This document shows, one piece after another, positions 1 through 13,807 of a DNA stretch of 64,000 nt; position 1 is the first letter of the stretch; each line of letters starts with the position of its first letter. Source of the DNA: Malacoraja senta (Eukaryota); contig JAXLNO010000423.1 of assembly GCA_038087875.1 (NCBI GenBank), positions 1 to 64,000 of the forward strand, written 5' to 3'. The notes beneath the pieces were generated by a model. That model saw only the letters and a list, made by a program, of their open reading frames with translations, made no database searches and was not told the origin of the DNA. A program made the position numbers and the translations under genes.

Positions 1-1861
1 AAACGGTCGTAGCCAAAACCAGCGCAGACCCACAGGAGAATACCGCCGGACAGCGGTAACAGACCGCCTACAACCAGCCAGCGCTCTCACCAAGCCCTTC
101 GACCTAGAAGAACTCGAAGCTGCAATGAGCATGCTGAAGCCTGGGAGAGCAGCAGGAATCGATGATGTACTGACGGAAATGATACAGCACCTTGGACCTA
201 AAGCAAAGATCTGGCTCCTAGCAATGCTGAACTCATGCATGGCACAGAAAACAACCCCACCTGTATGGAGAAAGGCCAAGACTGTCGCAATTCCAAAACC
301 TGGAAAGGACCCATCATCCCCAAAGAGCTACAGACCCATTTCCCTCCTCTGCATCACCTACAAGCTCTACGAGAGGCTACTACTCCAACGCCTTATGCCA
401 CTTATAGACTCCAAGCTTACTAAAGATGAAGCTGGTTTCCGCCCTGGCCGCTCCTGTGCCGGGCAGCTACTGAACCTCACCCAACACATTGAGGATGGTT
501 TCGAGTGCAAACTCATCACCGGAGCAGCTTTCATAGACCTCACCACTGCTTACGACTGTCCAGCACCGCACCATGATCAGGAAACTTTTTGACATGACTG
601 GTGACCTCGACCTGTGCCAAGTCATGAAAAGCCTTCTAAACAACAGGCGCTTCTTCGTCCAACTAAACGACAAGAAGAGCAAATGGAAAGCCCAAAAGAA
701 TGGCCTACCACAAGGCAGCGTACTGGCCCCCTTCCTCTTCAACATCTACACCGATGACCAACCACTTCCCCCACAATGCCGCCGCTTCATCTATGCTGAT
801 GACCTCTGCATCACCACCCAACAGGAGAACTTCCAGAAGATTGAGCCTGTCCTGGAAAGCGCCCTCCAAGAGATGACAACCTACTACAATAACAACCACC
901 TGAAACCCAACCCATCAAAAACCCAACTATGCAGCTTCCATCTTAAAAATCGAGATGCAGGAAAACAACTGAGCGTCTCATGGGATGGCCACAAACTCTC
1001 CAACCACTTCCACCCCGTGTACCTCGGAGTCACACTCGACAGGACACTCTCTATCAAAACCCACCTTCAGAACACCAAAGCCAAGGTAAACACTCGCAAC
1101 AACATCCTGCGCAAACTGGTAAACTCAAAGTGGGGCGCTGATCCACCAACCTTCCGTGCAACTGCCCCTAGCCCTGTGCTTCTCCACAGCTGAATACGCG
1201 TGCTCAAGCTGGAGCCGCTCCCACCACACCAAACTGGTTGACACAGCCCTCAATGACACCTGCCGCATTATCACGGGATGCATAAAGACAACGCCAGTCC
1301 CGTGCCTCTACGCCCTAGCTGGTATTGCCCCCCCCCCCATATCAGACGATCCATCGTCGCCCAAGACGAGCGGAGAGCACAGGAGATCGATACCAGGCAA
1401 CCCCTGCACGGACACACAGCACCTCCACCCCGACTGAAATCCAGAGCCAGTTTCTTGCAGACAGTCCCACCTCTCCAGCCAACCAAAGAAACAGCAAGGA
1501 CCAACATCTGGAAAGATGAATGGAACCAGCTCAACACACGAGCCCACGACTGGATGGAGAGAGGAATCACTCCGACTGAATGCCTCGCCAGCGGGCACGA
1601 CCTCCCATGGCCAACCTGGAAGATCCTCAACAGATTACGAGTGGAGCAGGGGAGGTGTAAAGCACTTATGAAAGCGTGGAACTACCAGGCAGAAGACACA
1701 TGCAGCTGTGGAGCAGTACAGACAATGTCCCACCTACTGGAGTGTGACGACGCCCCCCAGTGCAGCCCCCAGGACCTGGCTGAACCGACTCGACCAGCTG
1801 TGACCTGCGCCAGATACTGGCAGAACGACATCTGAGATTGCAACGGACTCAAAGAAGAAGA
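1..1861 (+). mobile_element. Non-LTR retrotransposon of the Ingi/Vingi (I group) type, 3' part, frameshifted RT ORF; 5' end lies outside the window
   Basis: ORFs 125-592, 573-1193, 1156-1437 and 1278-1835 join into one RT protein: YRPISLL, GFRPGRS, GLPQGSVLAP, YADD, YLGVTLDR, RLKSR, W..LNRLR and C-terminal CSCG..QTMSHLLEC. No RNase H is apparent. A very short 3' UTR ends in aaagaagaag. Confidence 0.85.
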
Positions 1862-2380
1862 GTAGCATGGTCACATGTAACAGCAAGGTCAAGAGGTGAC
1901 TGAGAAACTGGGTCTTGTTTTATTTTCCCTGCACTAAAACAGTGCCTAAATTTGAAGTGCATTTCATGGGCTGGAAAACACTTTAGGAAGTTAAAAGGCA
2001 ATGAAAGTACAATTAAAAGGCAACCTTTCATGTCTTGCTTTGACTGTATGTTCTTCCTCTGGCAGTACATCCAATCAATGCATTCTCCCAAATTGTTTGG
2101 AGGCAAGAAATTCCACACACACCAAGGACATCTCAATGCTGTATTAAGATTCAGGTAGCTAAGTGTAGTATCAGGGTCACAGACTAATGATACATAGACA
2201 GAGTAATCCATATAGGATTGAGATGAGGAGACATTTCTTCACTCAAAGCACGGTGGATCTATAGAATTGCCTTAATCATTAACTGTCTTCAAGAAGGAGG
2301 TTGGAGCGATCAAGGCACATGGAACAAAGCAGGAACAGGATACTGAGTTTGGATAATCTGCCAGGATCATTCTGAACGGC

Positions 2381-2586
2381 AGAATTGGTTCACTGGGGCC
2401 AAATAGCGTGATCCTGCTCTTGCTCCGATTTCTAAATGTTATAATGTATCAGACATTTCCAGCATTGCTCTAACTGTCCCCATTCATTTATTAACCAGGC
2501 AGCTCCTAAAATGTTTTCATCTCGACGATTGTGCCTCCACTTCATCCCAAACATTCCCATTGTTCTCATCTGGACTTTAAACTTTA
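2381..2586 (+). repeat. Left copy of 206-bp direct duplication flanking the L1 (right copy 3606-3811)
   Basis: agaattggttcactgg...tggactttaaacttta occurs on both sides of the L1, with two substitutions seen. Confidence 0.92.
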
Positions 2587-3605
2587 GACTATTATCTTAA
2601 ATGTACAAATACCATCTACGGAGGGTATCAGAAGAGACTGGGAACAAGAGTTAGCTATTAAAATTTCAAAGGAAAGTTGGAATGAACACTTATTAAACGT
2701 GCATAAATGCTCGATTAATGTAAGACACACTTTAATACAATTTAAAATTTTACATAGATTATATTATTCGAAAACTAAAATTCATAAAATTTTCCCAAAC
2801 GTATCATCTATTTGTGATAAATGTCAATCCCAAGAAGCTACTATAGCGCACTCATTCATTTTCTGTACAAAAATTCAAAAATTTTGGAATGAAATTTTTG
2901 AAATCTTTACAAAGTTATTGAAAACAAGACTGATACCCAAAGCAGAATAGATTATCTTCGGAATAACGGAAGATGGTCCAGAACTAAATGTGTTTCAAAA
3001 GAAACTAATGGACTATGGGTTAATAACTGGAAAAAAGCTAATTCTAAAAGTTTGGAAGAAGGCTCCAATACCATCTATAAATATGTGGATTTCAAATATG
3101 TTTGAAACATTACACCTAGAAGAGATAAGACTCCTCCTAGCAGGTAAACCAGATCACTTCCACCTGACGTGGTCTGCATTTATAGAATTATTGCAAATAT
3201 AGGGTGCAAAAGTACTTAAAAAAAAAAATTTGAGGTCAGGTAAGGGGGGATGATAGTTGAAGAGTTGGTATGTCCCATTTACGTAATGCTCATAAAAATA
3301 TTTGTTTCTCTCTTTTTCCTCTTTCTCTTTCTCTTTCTTTTCTAGGGTCTATTCCTTAACTCTTTTTCTTTTGTTTTTAATTTTGCTCTTATAGGGTCTT
3401 CGTCCTTTTTTGTTGTCACATTTTCTACACTTTCACTTTTTCCTTCACTTTCTTCTTTCTTTCAATCTTTTCCTTTTCTAGTGTAAAAAATAAATGGAGT
3501 ACATTAATTGTAAGAAGATATAAATGACGAGTACTAATGTATGTGGTTGTAATGTAATGTACTTCTAATAAATAAAAATTTAAAAAAAGAAAAAAGAAAA
3601 AAAAA
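2587..3605 (+). mobile_element. 5'-truncated L1-clade LINE (ORF2 C-terminal Cys-rich region, T-rich 3' UTR, poly(A))
   Basis: Encodes QFKILHRLY..CDKC..H..C..IQKFW, with an in-frame TAG at 2948-2950 where the 45 kb copy has TGG. AATAAA near 3567 and A-tail. Flanked by a 206-bp direct duplication. Confidence 0.9.
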
Positions 3606-3811
3606 AGAATTGGTTCACTGGGGCCAAATAGCGTGATCCTGCTCTTGCTCCGATTTCTAAATGTTATAATGTATCAGACATTTCCAGCATTGCTCTAATT
3701 GTCCCCATTCATTTATTAACCAGGCAGCTCCTAAAATGTTTTCATCTCGACGATTGTGCCTCCACGTCATCCCAAACATTCCCATTGTTCTCATCTGGAC
3801 TTTAAACTTTA

Positions 3812-4085
3812 CTTTAGACTTTAGAGATACAGCGCAGAAACCGGCCCTTCGGTCCACCCAGTCTGCACTGACCAGCATTCAGCCCGCATACTATCAATAT
3901 CCCACACATTTTGAACAATTTCCAATTACACCGAAGCCAATTAACCTACAAACCTGTACTTCTTTGGAGTGTGGGAGCAAACCGGAGCATGCAGAGAAAA
4001 CCCACGACATCACAGGAAGAACTTATAAACTCCATACAGACAGCACCCGTAGTCAGGATCGAACCCGGGACTCTGGTGCTGTAGA
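3812..4085 (-). mobile_element. tRNA-derived V-SINE (HE1-like)
   Basis: B-box-like gggttcgatcc, V-domain-like ctcccacactccaaaga, tail gggccgg..cgcgctgtatctctaaagtctaaag. Confidence 0.8.
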
Positions 4086-5542
4086 AACATCTACGCTGGA
4101 AAAATAATATCCAGATTATGTGCAGAACACCCTCACTCAGTCCTGCAAGAATGATCCCAAGATTGTTACTTTAAATCCCCATCTCACTCCCTCTTATTCC
4201 AGGGAATTCTTTGTTCCCTCATCCCTCCCATCCTCTGCAACTTAAAACGCAATTGCTTACTCACGTTTTTAGTTGTGATGAAGGGCTTTTGAAACAAAAT
4301 GTGAACTCACATTTCCTCCCCACATTAGCTGCTTGCCCTGATGAGTATTTCCAACACTTTCTCCAGTTATTTGAAATTGAGGTCAGTCTGACACAAAATA
4401 ACTAAGGAATACATCATACAGATTATATATTAAGTGCTTATAGCCTTCACACTTAAGAGGTTTAATTTATTCGTATCTCCTCATTCCCAAAAAAAGGCTG
4501 CCTAACATTCTTGAGCTTAGGGCCAAGGCAACAGGAGATATACCTCCAATGGAGGATTGATTAAGATTGGGAATGAGCAAGAAGCTAAACTTTAGGGACT
4601 GTATTGTTGATCCTTTTCCTTGTTGGTAATTTCCTGAGGCTATTGATAGCAGGCACAACAATAATAATCTCTGGTACAGCTAAGAGATGATTTTCTCAAT
4701 TACCGCTTAGAAATGTAGGTTTAAAACTGAGCCATTAAAGATCGCTTCACTCACAAGTGGCATAAAATATTTCATTAGATTCTTCTTCATCTGCGAAAAA
4801 TGAATTCATCCCTATTCAGCCCGAGGGTTGACTAATACAGCAGAAGCTGCATTTCTGGCATCATAGCCGACCACGGGCTACTTCTGGGCAGCAGATGTTA
4901 ATTTTATTATTGTCCTGAAGCACATTGTCATGAAAACTGGAGGGAAGCTGTGTGCTAACCTGCATGCCTCATTAACAGCTAATTTGGGGTATATTCATAT
5001 GTGTTCACTTCAGTGTCCCTGGATGCTACCAATGTTTCAAATTGGCATCATTTGCCTTGTTTTCACAACACTGCTTTGGAAAGCAGGTGCCCGATGCCTG
5101 TGCCACTCTGCCTTTTAATGGGGACAGGTCAGCCTTCTCTGTGCATTTGCAAAGCCAGAGAAAAAGACAGTGATTATCTTTTTTTACACGGTGAATCTAC
5201 CAGGAAGTGAAGTGAAACTCATTATGAGGCAGTGCATGGTGAATTCATCAATTCGAAACTCATCTTGCACTGAGTCAGCAAGTTGGGTCATTTGATCGCC
5301 ATGGTGCAGTACAGAAATAAGCCAATCAGTCTTCTGAGTTTGTGCTAGCCCTTTCAAAGAGCAACATTATTTCTCAAGTTCCTGCAAATCTTTATGCTTC
5401 AAGAATTTATTGAAATCCTTTTCGAAGGATGCCATTGCGCTTGCATCTACCAACCAATCAAACAGTGCACTCCACATCCTAACCACTCGTTACATGGATA
5501 CATGTTTTCCTCATGTGCATTTGGGTCTTCTGCGAATCATTA

Positions 5543-5665
5543 GTCTGAAGATGGGGTCCCAACGTGAAATGTCACCTATCCATGTTCTCCAGAGATGCTG
5601 CCTGACCCGTTGAGCTACTCCAACACTTTGTGTCTCTTTTTTTGGAAACCAGCATCTGCACGCCC
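5543..5665 (+). mobile_element. Penelope-like pLTR fragment
   Basis: ctgaagatggggtcc..gaaatgtcacc..agatgctgcctgacccg..tactccaacac, the same family as 25843-26260. Similar pieces near 4270, 6015, 8973, 14910, 19715, 32755, 46860. Confidence 0.65.
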
Positions 5666-6934
5666 TTGTTTCTACTTGAAAACTTTGCCTGCTGGTTAGT
5701 AAACTTCTGGCATTGGAAGCAGTTTCTCGTTATTTACTCTATTGAAGTTATTTTTTTGCATTTAATTGCATCTACCGTATCTCTTCTTTGTCACCTCTGC
5801 TCTCAAACGAAGAAGTAGCTTCTCTTGTCACATTGTGTATCCTTCACATCTGGAACCACTGCAGCAAGTATCTCTTCTGCATTCCCCAAAATCTTCATCT
5901 CATTCTCTAAATATAGTGCTTATAACTGTGCACATTATTAGATTTTGCACTAAAATGTCAGGATTCTAATACAATTAACGGTAAAAAAACAAATTCTGTT
6001 TTATTTTGGGCAGATGATGTTTTGGGTCCGAACCCTTCTTCAGTCTGAAAAGGGGTCCCAACCCAAAACCTCATCCGCTCACTTCCTCCGCAGATTTCCT
6101 ACAGAATCTTGCTTTTCTCATTATTCCAGCATCTGTATCACTTGTCTCTCCACTTTATTAACTGCTTTGTGAACCTGCCCTTCAAGCCCTCTTTGTTTAT
6201 CCAGGCTTGGATTCTGACCAATAATTTAGCATTCCCTCCCCTCCTTTAGTCTGTTTGTACATTTCCTCACATTTCTCCAGAATTAAATTCATTTGCCATC
6301 TTCCTGCTACAATTGTTTAAATAATTACATCAAAATAGCATTCTGCTTATGTCGCACCTTTGCATTGCCTTCAGCTCCTCCCCAGCAATACCGATGTCCA
6401 CACTTTCACCATATCCTGGTTTCTTAAGCTTCACTTTCAACCTTGTTATATTTTCAATAATCTTTCTCCACTTTTGGTGAAGGTACACTTGACAAGTGTG
6501 GATGAAAGATGAAATTCCCAAATTTTCATATTTTCATCTGACATAAAAAGAGGGAATTTGGTGCTTAGATGTTTTGCCTGCCCTCGGAGAATTACTATTT
6601 ATCCTTTCTTCCACTTGTTTTCCTGCAACCTATCTGCCAACATTCAAGCCCATTCACATTTCAGGTTTGAGAAGTGAGAGGAATTATTTTATTTCTCTCA
6701 TTTTTTCCAGTTATGACAAAGAGTACTGACCTAAAATATTATCAATTTTACTTTCTACAGTTGCTGCACGACTTGCTGAGTCTTTCCAGCATCTACAGTT
6801 TATTTGATATCTGTTCTTGTGTGGCTTCCGTATATGATTGCCAATGCTTAGATAAAGGTAAAATTATGTTTTTAAAGTATCTTAAGATTAGAAAGAGCTT
6901 GAATAAAATGTAAAATATCTGCACCACTACACCT

Positions 6935-7166
6935 GAGTGGTAACTTTTTCACACAAAGTGTGGTGGATATATGGAATTAGATGCCGGAAGAGGTAGTTGA
7001 GGCAGGTACCATCACAACATTTAAGAAACATTTAGACAGGTACATGGATAGGCCAGGTTTAGAATGATATGGGCCAAATGCAGGCAGGTGGGACGAGTGT
7101 ACATGGGACATGTTGGTCGGTTGGGCTCAAGTACCTGTTTCCATGTTGTATGACTCTATGACTCTA
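6935..7166 (+). mobile_element. CR1-type LINE 3' end fragment
   Basis: NFFTQ.VV..WN-like coding remnant and 8-mer tail (tgactcta)2. Confidence 0.8.
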
Positions 7167-9104
7167 AATCTGCAACACTTTATGGAGGGAGCTGTTCCAT
7201 CTTTAGGGTAATTTGGGACAGACCAAAGTGACCAGACTCATCAGCGATGCTCATCTCTCAAGGATGAGGTTCTTCCCACCTTCTTATTCCTTCAAAGTAA
7301 AACTATTTGATGCTGAAGTTAATGTATGGTGGCATGAGGTGATATTGTTGGAGATTGAAGGAAGCTGCAATGTTATTCATCAGAAACATATACTGGGGGA
7401 TATAGAGATACCAATTCATTCGTGGAGATTATGAAGATGATGTGTCAGAGGTAAGGGATGAGATTAATGAAATCTGAGAATAAGATGAGCTGAATGGCCT
7501 TTTCGCACAGAATATTTTCAGGATCAATGTGCGATGAAGCTTACAGTAAAATTCTGTGGCCTTGTTTGGAAATCGCAATGGTTCAGAGTTTGGGTCACCA
7601 GAGCCTGTTCCCTCACTCCTTATAAACACAAGCGACACTATTCCCACATTCCCTATAAATTCACAGGGAACTTGTCACCAGTCCAATATAACCTCACCAG
7701 GGGCCTGTATCCAACACTGTTGTACATGTCGGTGCCATTTCCTACGCTTTGTATAAACTCACCAGGGCTCTGTTTCCAGCTCTCCTTTTTAGCAGATGGA
7801 GTTATGATTCTCCTGTTCTTTATAAATTAACCACTCATTTCCAGTACTCCCATTAAAATCATCAGGTTTTGTTTCTTGTGTTCTCTTTAAGCTCACCTGG
7901 TTTACTACATAGAGCAGCACAGTACAGGAACAGGCCATTCAGCCCACGTTGTCTAGGCTGAACATGATGCCTGGATAAACTAATACCATCTGCCCACACA
8001 TGATTCATATTCCAGCAAATCCATGTGCCAATCTAAAAGCCTCCTAAATGCCTGTATCGTATCTGCCTCCATCACCGCCCCAGGCAGCGCAAACCAGGCA
8101 CCAGCCACCCTGAATGTAAAAAACCAGCCCATCTGACCTTAACGCTGTGCCATCTAGTCTTTTACATTTCCACCCTGGTAACAAGGTTCTGACTGTCAAC
8201 CCTATCTATGCCTTTGATAATTTTATATTATTAAAAATCTTTACTAATTTTTAAGCTTTAAAATTTTACATAAAAAAATTATACCATTGTGTAACATCTT
8301 TAAAAAAGTGTATTGAAACTTTTTGACAAAAATCAGTGAAATCTTGTAGTCCAGAATAGCTGCAAGTTGGGCACCACCAAATTCTAAATTATCAGGTCAT
8401 TGTCAGTATAAAGTAGGCTAATAGCTCTTAGGGCTAAAGGAATCAAGGGATATGGGGGGGAAAAGCAGGAACGGGGTACTGATTTTAGATGATCAGCCAT
8501 GATCATATTGAATGGCGGTGCTGGCTCGAAGGGCCGAATGGCCCACTCCTGCACCTACGTTTCTATGTTTCTAATATGTTAAATGCCTCCTTGGCTGAGT
8601 TAGGGTTGGGGAAAAGCACTCTGGCATCGTTCAAGAGTTGAAAGGATGATAGCCTCCCTTAACCAAGTGCTGCTATGCTTGCAATGCTATTCTGTTGTCA
8701 CATTTTCTATATTATCCCCATTAGTCTCAACAAAGAATAACAGAAAATTAAATTTCAATTTGTTTTCAATACCATGCAAATACAATGCTATCTTTTTCTC
8801 CCCCTTATGCCCTCCATACCGTTTGTTTAGAAGCACCTGTGAGTCAGTGTCTGTCCTTCACACTGATGCGGTATAAATGATGACATTGAAAGACCATCTT
8901 TCACAACCCTAAACAATGATGAATCACTTGCGAAGGGTAGTCAGTCTCTGAGTGCAGCAATAATTTGGGTTTAGACACAAAATGCTGGAGTAACTCAGCA
9001 GGACAGGCAGCATATCTGGAGAGAAGGAATGGATGTCACAGGTTTCCTTAAATATCAATATAACCATTTAGAAGAAATCTGCTTTACAGGGAGAAGAATG
9101 ACTT

Positions 9105-9415
9105 TAGACTTTAGAGATAGACTTTAGAGATACAGTGTGGAAACAGGCCCTTCTGCTCACTGAGTCCATGCTGACCATTGATCACCCCATACATTAACAC
9201 CATCCTACGTACTAGGGACAATTTAACAATTTACCAAAGCCAATTAACCTACAAACCTATACGTCTTTGGAGTGAGGAAGGCAACCGGAGCAGCTGGAGA
9301 AAACCCACGTGGTCACAGGGAGGACATATGAATTATGTACAGCTCCCTTAGTCAGAATCAAACCCAGGTCTCTGGTGCTGTGAGGCAGCAACTCTACCGC
9401 TGGGCCACTGTGCCG
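9105..9415 (-). mobile_element. V-SINE (HE1-like)
   Basis: tRNA-like head, V-domain, (tctaaag)n tail. Confidence 0.8.
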
Positions 9416-10379
9416 CGTCTGTTGAACCAAATCTTGGGAAGATTCATCTGTTTCATCGGTCAATAGCGCAAGAGGATGTTTTAGGAAATGTCGAGAAGGA
9501 TGTTTTTGTTTAACATCTTGTCTGAAGAATGGGCACGTGAAAGACTGCTGCACTCCCCCCACTGTACAGAATGCCCATCTATAAAACGTGCTCAAGCATC
9601 AGACATTCTGAGGTGACTTATTACATTATATATTCCGTCTTAATCCTTGAAACAACTGCACAGTTTCTCAGTGAGGTAACTTTCCATTAGGTGCTGCAGT
9701 TTACTTGATCCAGAGCACTTTGTGTTGATATAACAATGATAGATTTTGTTTGGGTTGCATTTATGACAGGTTAATTATCATAATGTTATCATTTTAGGAC
9801 CTGTTATCATAATGGAAAGCCAGCATTAGTGGAACTAAAAAGAACAAAGTGTGAACCCTTGCATTCTCTTCAGAGGCTATAATTGTTGTCGTTGTACATT
9901 TTGTTTTTTAATTGGTCTCATATTTTTCAGCGAAGTAAAAATGTTAACAGCTTACCAGTCCACAGTAAGGTTGTATCTGCATGCTGTGAGCACATAATGG
10001 TGCAATGCTAAATGATCCTCTAGCACATTGCTGCTGTAACATGGACAGGGATCCAACAGGAGAACCTGGAATAAGGACCAATACAAACATAGATCATCAT
10101 GCTCAAGTGGAATCTTTCAAAGATCCATTCAGCTTGCCCCAATCTCTGGCTCTTAACCCATCACCTTGCAAATTAATACACTTCAGGTATGTATCCAATT
10201 CTCATTCCAAAGTTACCATTGAGCCTGCTTCCAGCAATCAATCACGCAATGCCATCCTGGTCAAAACAATTCACTGCATACATTTTTTTTTTAATCCAAA
10301 TTTAGCCCTGGGTTATTCAGTTAATTCCCTTGAACGCGCCATAGAATCTCCCTGGAGTGGCTTTGGAATCTCAGTTTAA

Positions 10380-10618
10380 CCTGTGTTGATCAGCGATTCC
10401 CCTACACTAGCACTATCCTACACACTTGGGACAAATTACAATTTTTAAAAAGCCAATTAACCTACAAACCTGCACGCCTTTGGAGTGTGGAAGGAAACCC
10501 ACAAGGTCACTGGGAGAAGATGTAAACTCCACACACACACAGCATCCAAGGTCAGGATCAAACCCAGGTACCTGGCGATGCAAGGTAACCATTCTACTGC
10601 TGCGCCACTGTGCTGCCC
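10380..10618 (-). mobile_element. V-SINE (HE1-like)
   Basis: Head gggcagcacagtggcgcagcagtag on the minus strand, followed by V-domain. Confidence 0.75.
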
Positions 10619-11479
10619 TAAACTAAACTGAACTAAACAACTGAAATCAGCTTTTTCCCAATTCAAGATCTTAACTTGAGGTTTAACTTGATCTCTTTCT
10701 TTAAGTGCCTTGAAACATACAGAATCCAAAAGTGTTTCTTTACATCCACTATCTGCTGAATGTAATTTGATAAGGTAAGGTCAAGTACTGACCCACCTCT
10801 CGTAGACTCTGAACATCAAGCAAACGTTTTTGTATGCACTTTCAAATTTTGCTCCATTTAAGCCCTTAGCACCAAGGCAAAATCAGTCAATATTGGAATC
10901 ATTAAAATTCCTCCCTACTATAACCCTGCTGCTCACAAAGATTCAACTTAATTGATTGTTAGTTTAGTTTAGAGATACGTCATGGAAACAGGTCCTTCAG
11001 CCCACTGAGTCCGCACCAACCAGTGATCACCCATACACCAGTTATATCCTGCACACTACGGACAATTTACAGGACAGGATACTTTTCGATCCTATAATTT
11101 CCTGAATTGCTTGAATATTGAAGACAGAGTAAAGATCCAGTTAACACTTTTAACTGTTTGAATGACAAGACCACAAGAAGCCATTTTCTCCATTGAATGA
11201 TAACAGAATTAGGGTTGATAACCCAAAAATTAGAGCCAAGCTCTTCACGGGACCACTTTTACACTGAAGGGTTGGTTAGAATTTGCTACTCTTCCCAGAA
11301 ATGAGAGCTGAGATTGAGGTCAATTGGAAATCTAAAAATCTAAAAATCGAGTTTGCCAGAGACTTATAGTTAAGGAAGCTAATCAGTTTTAAATTCAATC
11401 TCACTCAGGTGACTTGTCCAGAGAAATAGGTTGATAATCCAGTGCCATCATGAAGAAGTCGTGTCTGCTGGCAGGTGCC

Positions 11480-11900
11480 TTAGTCATAGTCATAGAGTCA
11501 TAGAGACATAGCCAGAGCCATAGAGTCATAGACTCATAGACATTGAGTCACAGAGTCACAGAGTCACAGAGTCACAGAGTCACAGAGTCACAGAGTCACA
11601 GAGTCACAGAGCCACAGAGCCACAGAGCCACAGAGCCACAGAGTGATACAGTGTGGAAAGAGGCCCTTCGGCCCAACTTGCACATACCGGCCAACATATC
11701 CCAGCTACACTATTCCCATCTGCTCCCGCTTGGTCCATATCCCTCCAAACCTGTACCTGTCTAACTGTTTCTTAAATGTTGGTATAGTCCCAGCCTCAAC
11801 TACCTCCTCTGGCAGCTTGTTCCATACACCCACCACCCTTTGTGTGAAAAAGTTACGCCTTAGATTCCTATTAAATCTTTTTCCCTTCGCCTTAAACCTA
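11480..11900 (-). mobile_element. CR1-type LINE 3' fragment with expanded 8-mer tail
   Basis: RNLRRNFFTQRVVGVWNKLP..FKKQLD remnant; tail array tagagtca/cagagtca/cagagcca at 11483-11645. Confidence 0.85.
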
Positions 11901-12579
11901 TCGGGCATTCTTTTCGAAGCAATGCTCAACCAAGCTCTCAAATGTTTTTGAAACTACAGCTGAAAGGTCCCAGGGTTTCATTTCAAATAAGAGCATGGAG
12001 CTACAGCCATTGTCCCAGCCAATAGCTTTTAAATCAAACAGCCTAACCAAAACTGAGCGCCTCTTCCTCAGCACTTTGTTATTTGTGAGAGGTTGCTGAG
12101 TGGGGTATAAATGTTTTGCAGAACACTGGGAAAAACGTTCTTAACCTTTACGTTAGTATCATGGAGATGGCACAGGAGAGTAGAGAGGAACTTTGGTTAA
12201 CATATGTCAAAGATGGAATCCCCGACAGCAATGCACTCTGATCTAGATTTTGTGCTTGGGTGCCTAGATAGAGTCTCCAGAATTTGATTCAGCCCAATCA
12301 CAGGCACAAAAACAAGCTCTCACAGTCAGCAATGTGTTGAAATCATCTCCTCAGAAAAGCTGCTACCTCACAGCAACAGAGACCCGGTTTCAATCCTGAC
12401 CTTGGCTGCTGTCTGTGTGGAGTTTGCATGTTCTCCCTGTGACCGCGTAGTTTTCCTCGGAGTGCTCCAGTTTCATCTGCCATCCCAAAGACGTGCCAGT
12501 TTGTACGTTAATTGGTTGCTGTAAATTGTCACTTGTGCTAGGTGAGACGTAGAACATAGGGGGAATTGATAACATAAAG

Positions 12580-13030
12580 TCTTAGAGTCACACAGTGGAA
12601 ACAGGCCCTTCTGCCCAACTTGCCCACACCGGCCAACATGTCCCATCTACATTAGTCCCACCTGCCTGTGCTTTGTATATATCCCTCCAAACTTGTCCTA
12701 TCCATGTATCTGTCTAACTGTTTCTTAAATGTTGGGATAGTCCCAGCCTCTACAACCTCCTCTGGCAGCTTGTTCCATACACCCACCACCCTTTGTGTGA
12801 AAAAGTTACCCCTCAGATTCCAATTAAATCGTTTCCCCTTCACCTTGAACCTATGTCCTCTGGTCCTTGATTCCCCTACTCTAGGCAAGCGATTCTGTGC
12901 ATCTACCCAATCTATTCATCTCATGATTTTATACACCTCTATAAGATCACCCCTCATCCTCCTGTGCTCCAAGGAGTAGTGACCCAGCCTACTCAACCTC
13001 TCCCTATAGCTCTAGTCCTGGCAAAATTCT
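12580..13030 (-). mobile_element. CR1-type LINE 3' fragment, apparently inserted in a + strand V-SINE (12360-12575, continuing about 13035-13150)
   Basis: ORF 12652-12888 reads ESRTRGHRFKV..NFFTQRVVGVWNKLP. Confidence 0.8.
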
Positions 13031-13807
13031 CATAATCAATATGAAATGAATGATAAAAGGTTGATTAGATGTGTAGGATTACTGTAAATGGATGATTAAT
13101 GGTCAGCATGGATTTGGTGGGCCTATATCCATGTTGTATTTCTCTAACATATTCCAACAGAACTCGTGAGAGAAATTCAAGGGAGATCAGGAAGTTTTCA
13201 AGGTGTCCTGGTCAGTGTTAATGTTTTAATATACATCATCCAGAGAATTTTTTTTTCTGTTTTGATGTTTTGCGATCCTGAATGATTATACATTGAAAAT
13301 CTTACTGAATTGACTTATTAGATCATCGTGAGTTAATAATTGAGCTTAACAAATGTAATTCTAATCTATCTCACATAAATCCACAATCCTTAATATGGGT
13401 TAAATAATGATAACTAATGTGGTGGAATATGAGCTTTGCAAACTGTTTTAATATTTCCAATGATATCATACACAGACATTTTCAAGTTGTCAATTTTCTT
13501 AGGCATAAGCTCTTTGCAATATAGTTTTTCTGAACTTAAAATGACTCAATATGAAGCAGCTTCTATCAGTTTCTGTCTGTGCTAACCTCAAGCAAACCAC
13601 CGCATATATGAAGAAATGTTTTGGAAACCAAAACCAATCACAACATGTACGACATTACCATTGATTGGACACTTTGAAGATTCTCATTCATGAACATGTT
13701 GTCAAAGAAATCTTTATCAAAGACTAAAATTAATCAAATTCTGTAAAGCAGTTTAGCCAAGGGATTATGTCAGTATCTGTATAATCTGCAGTTGAGCAAA
13801 AAAGGGA

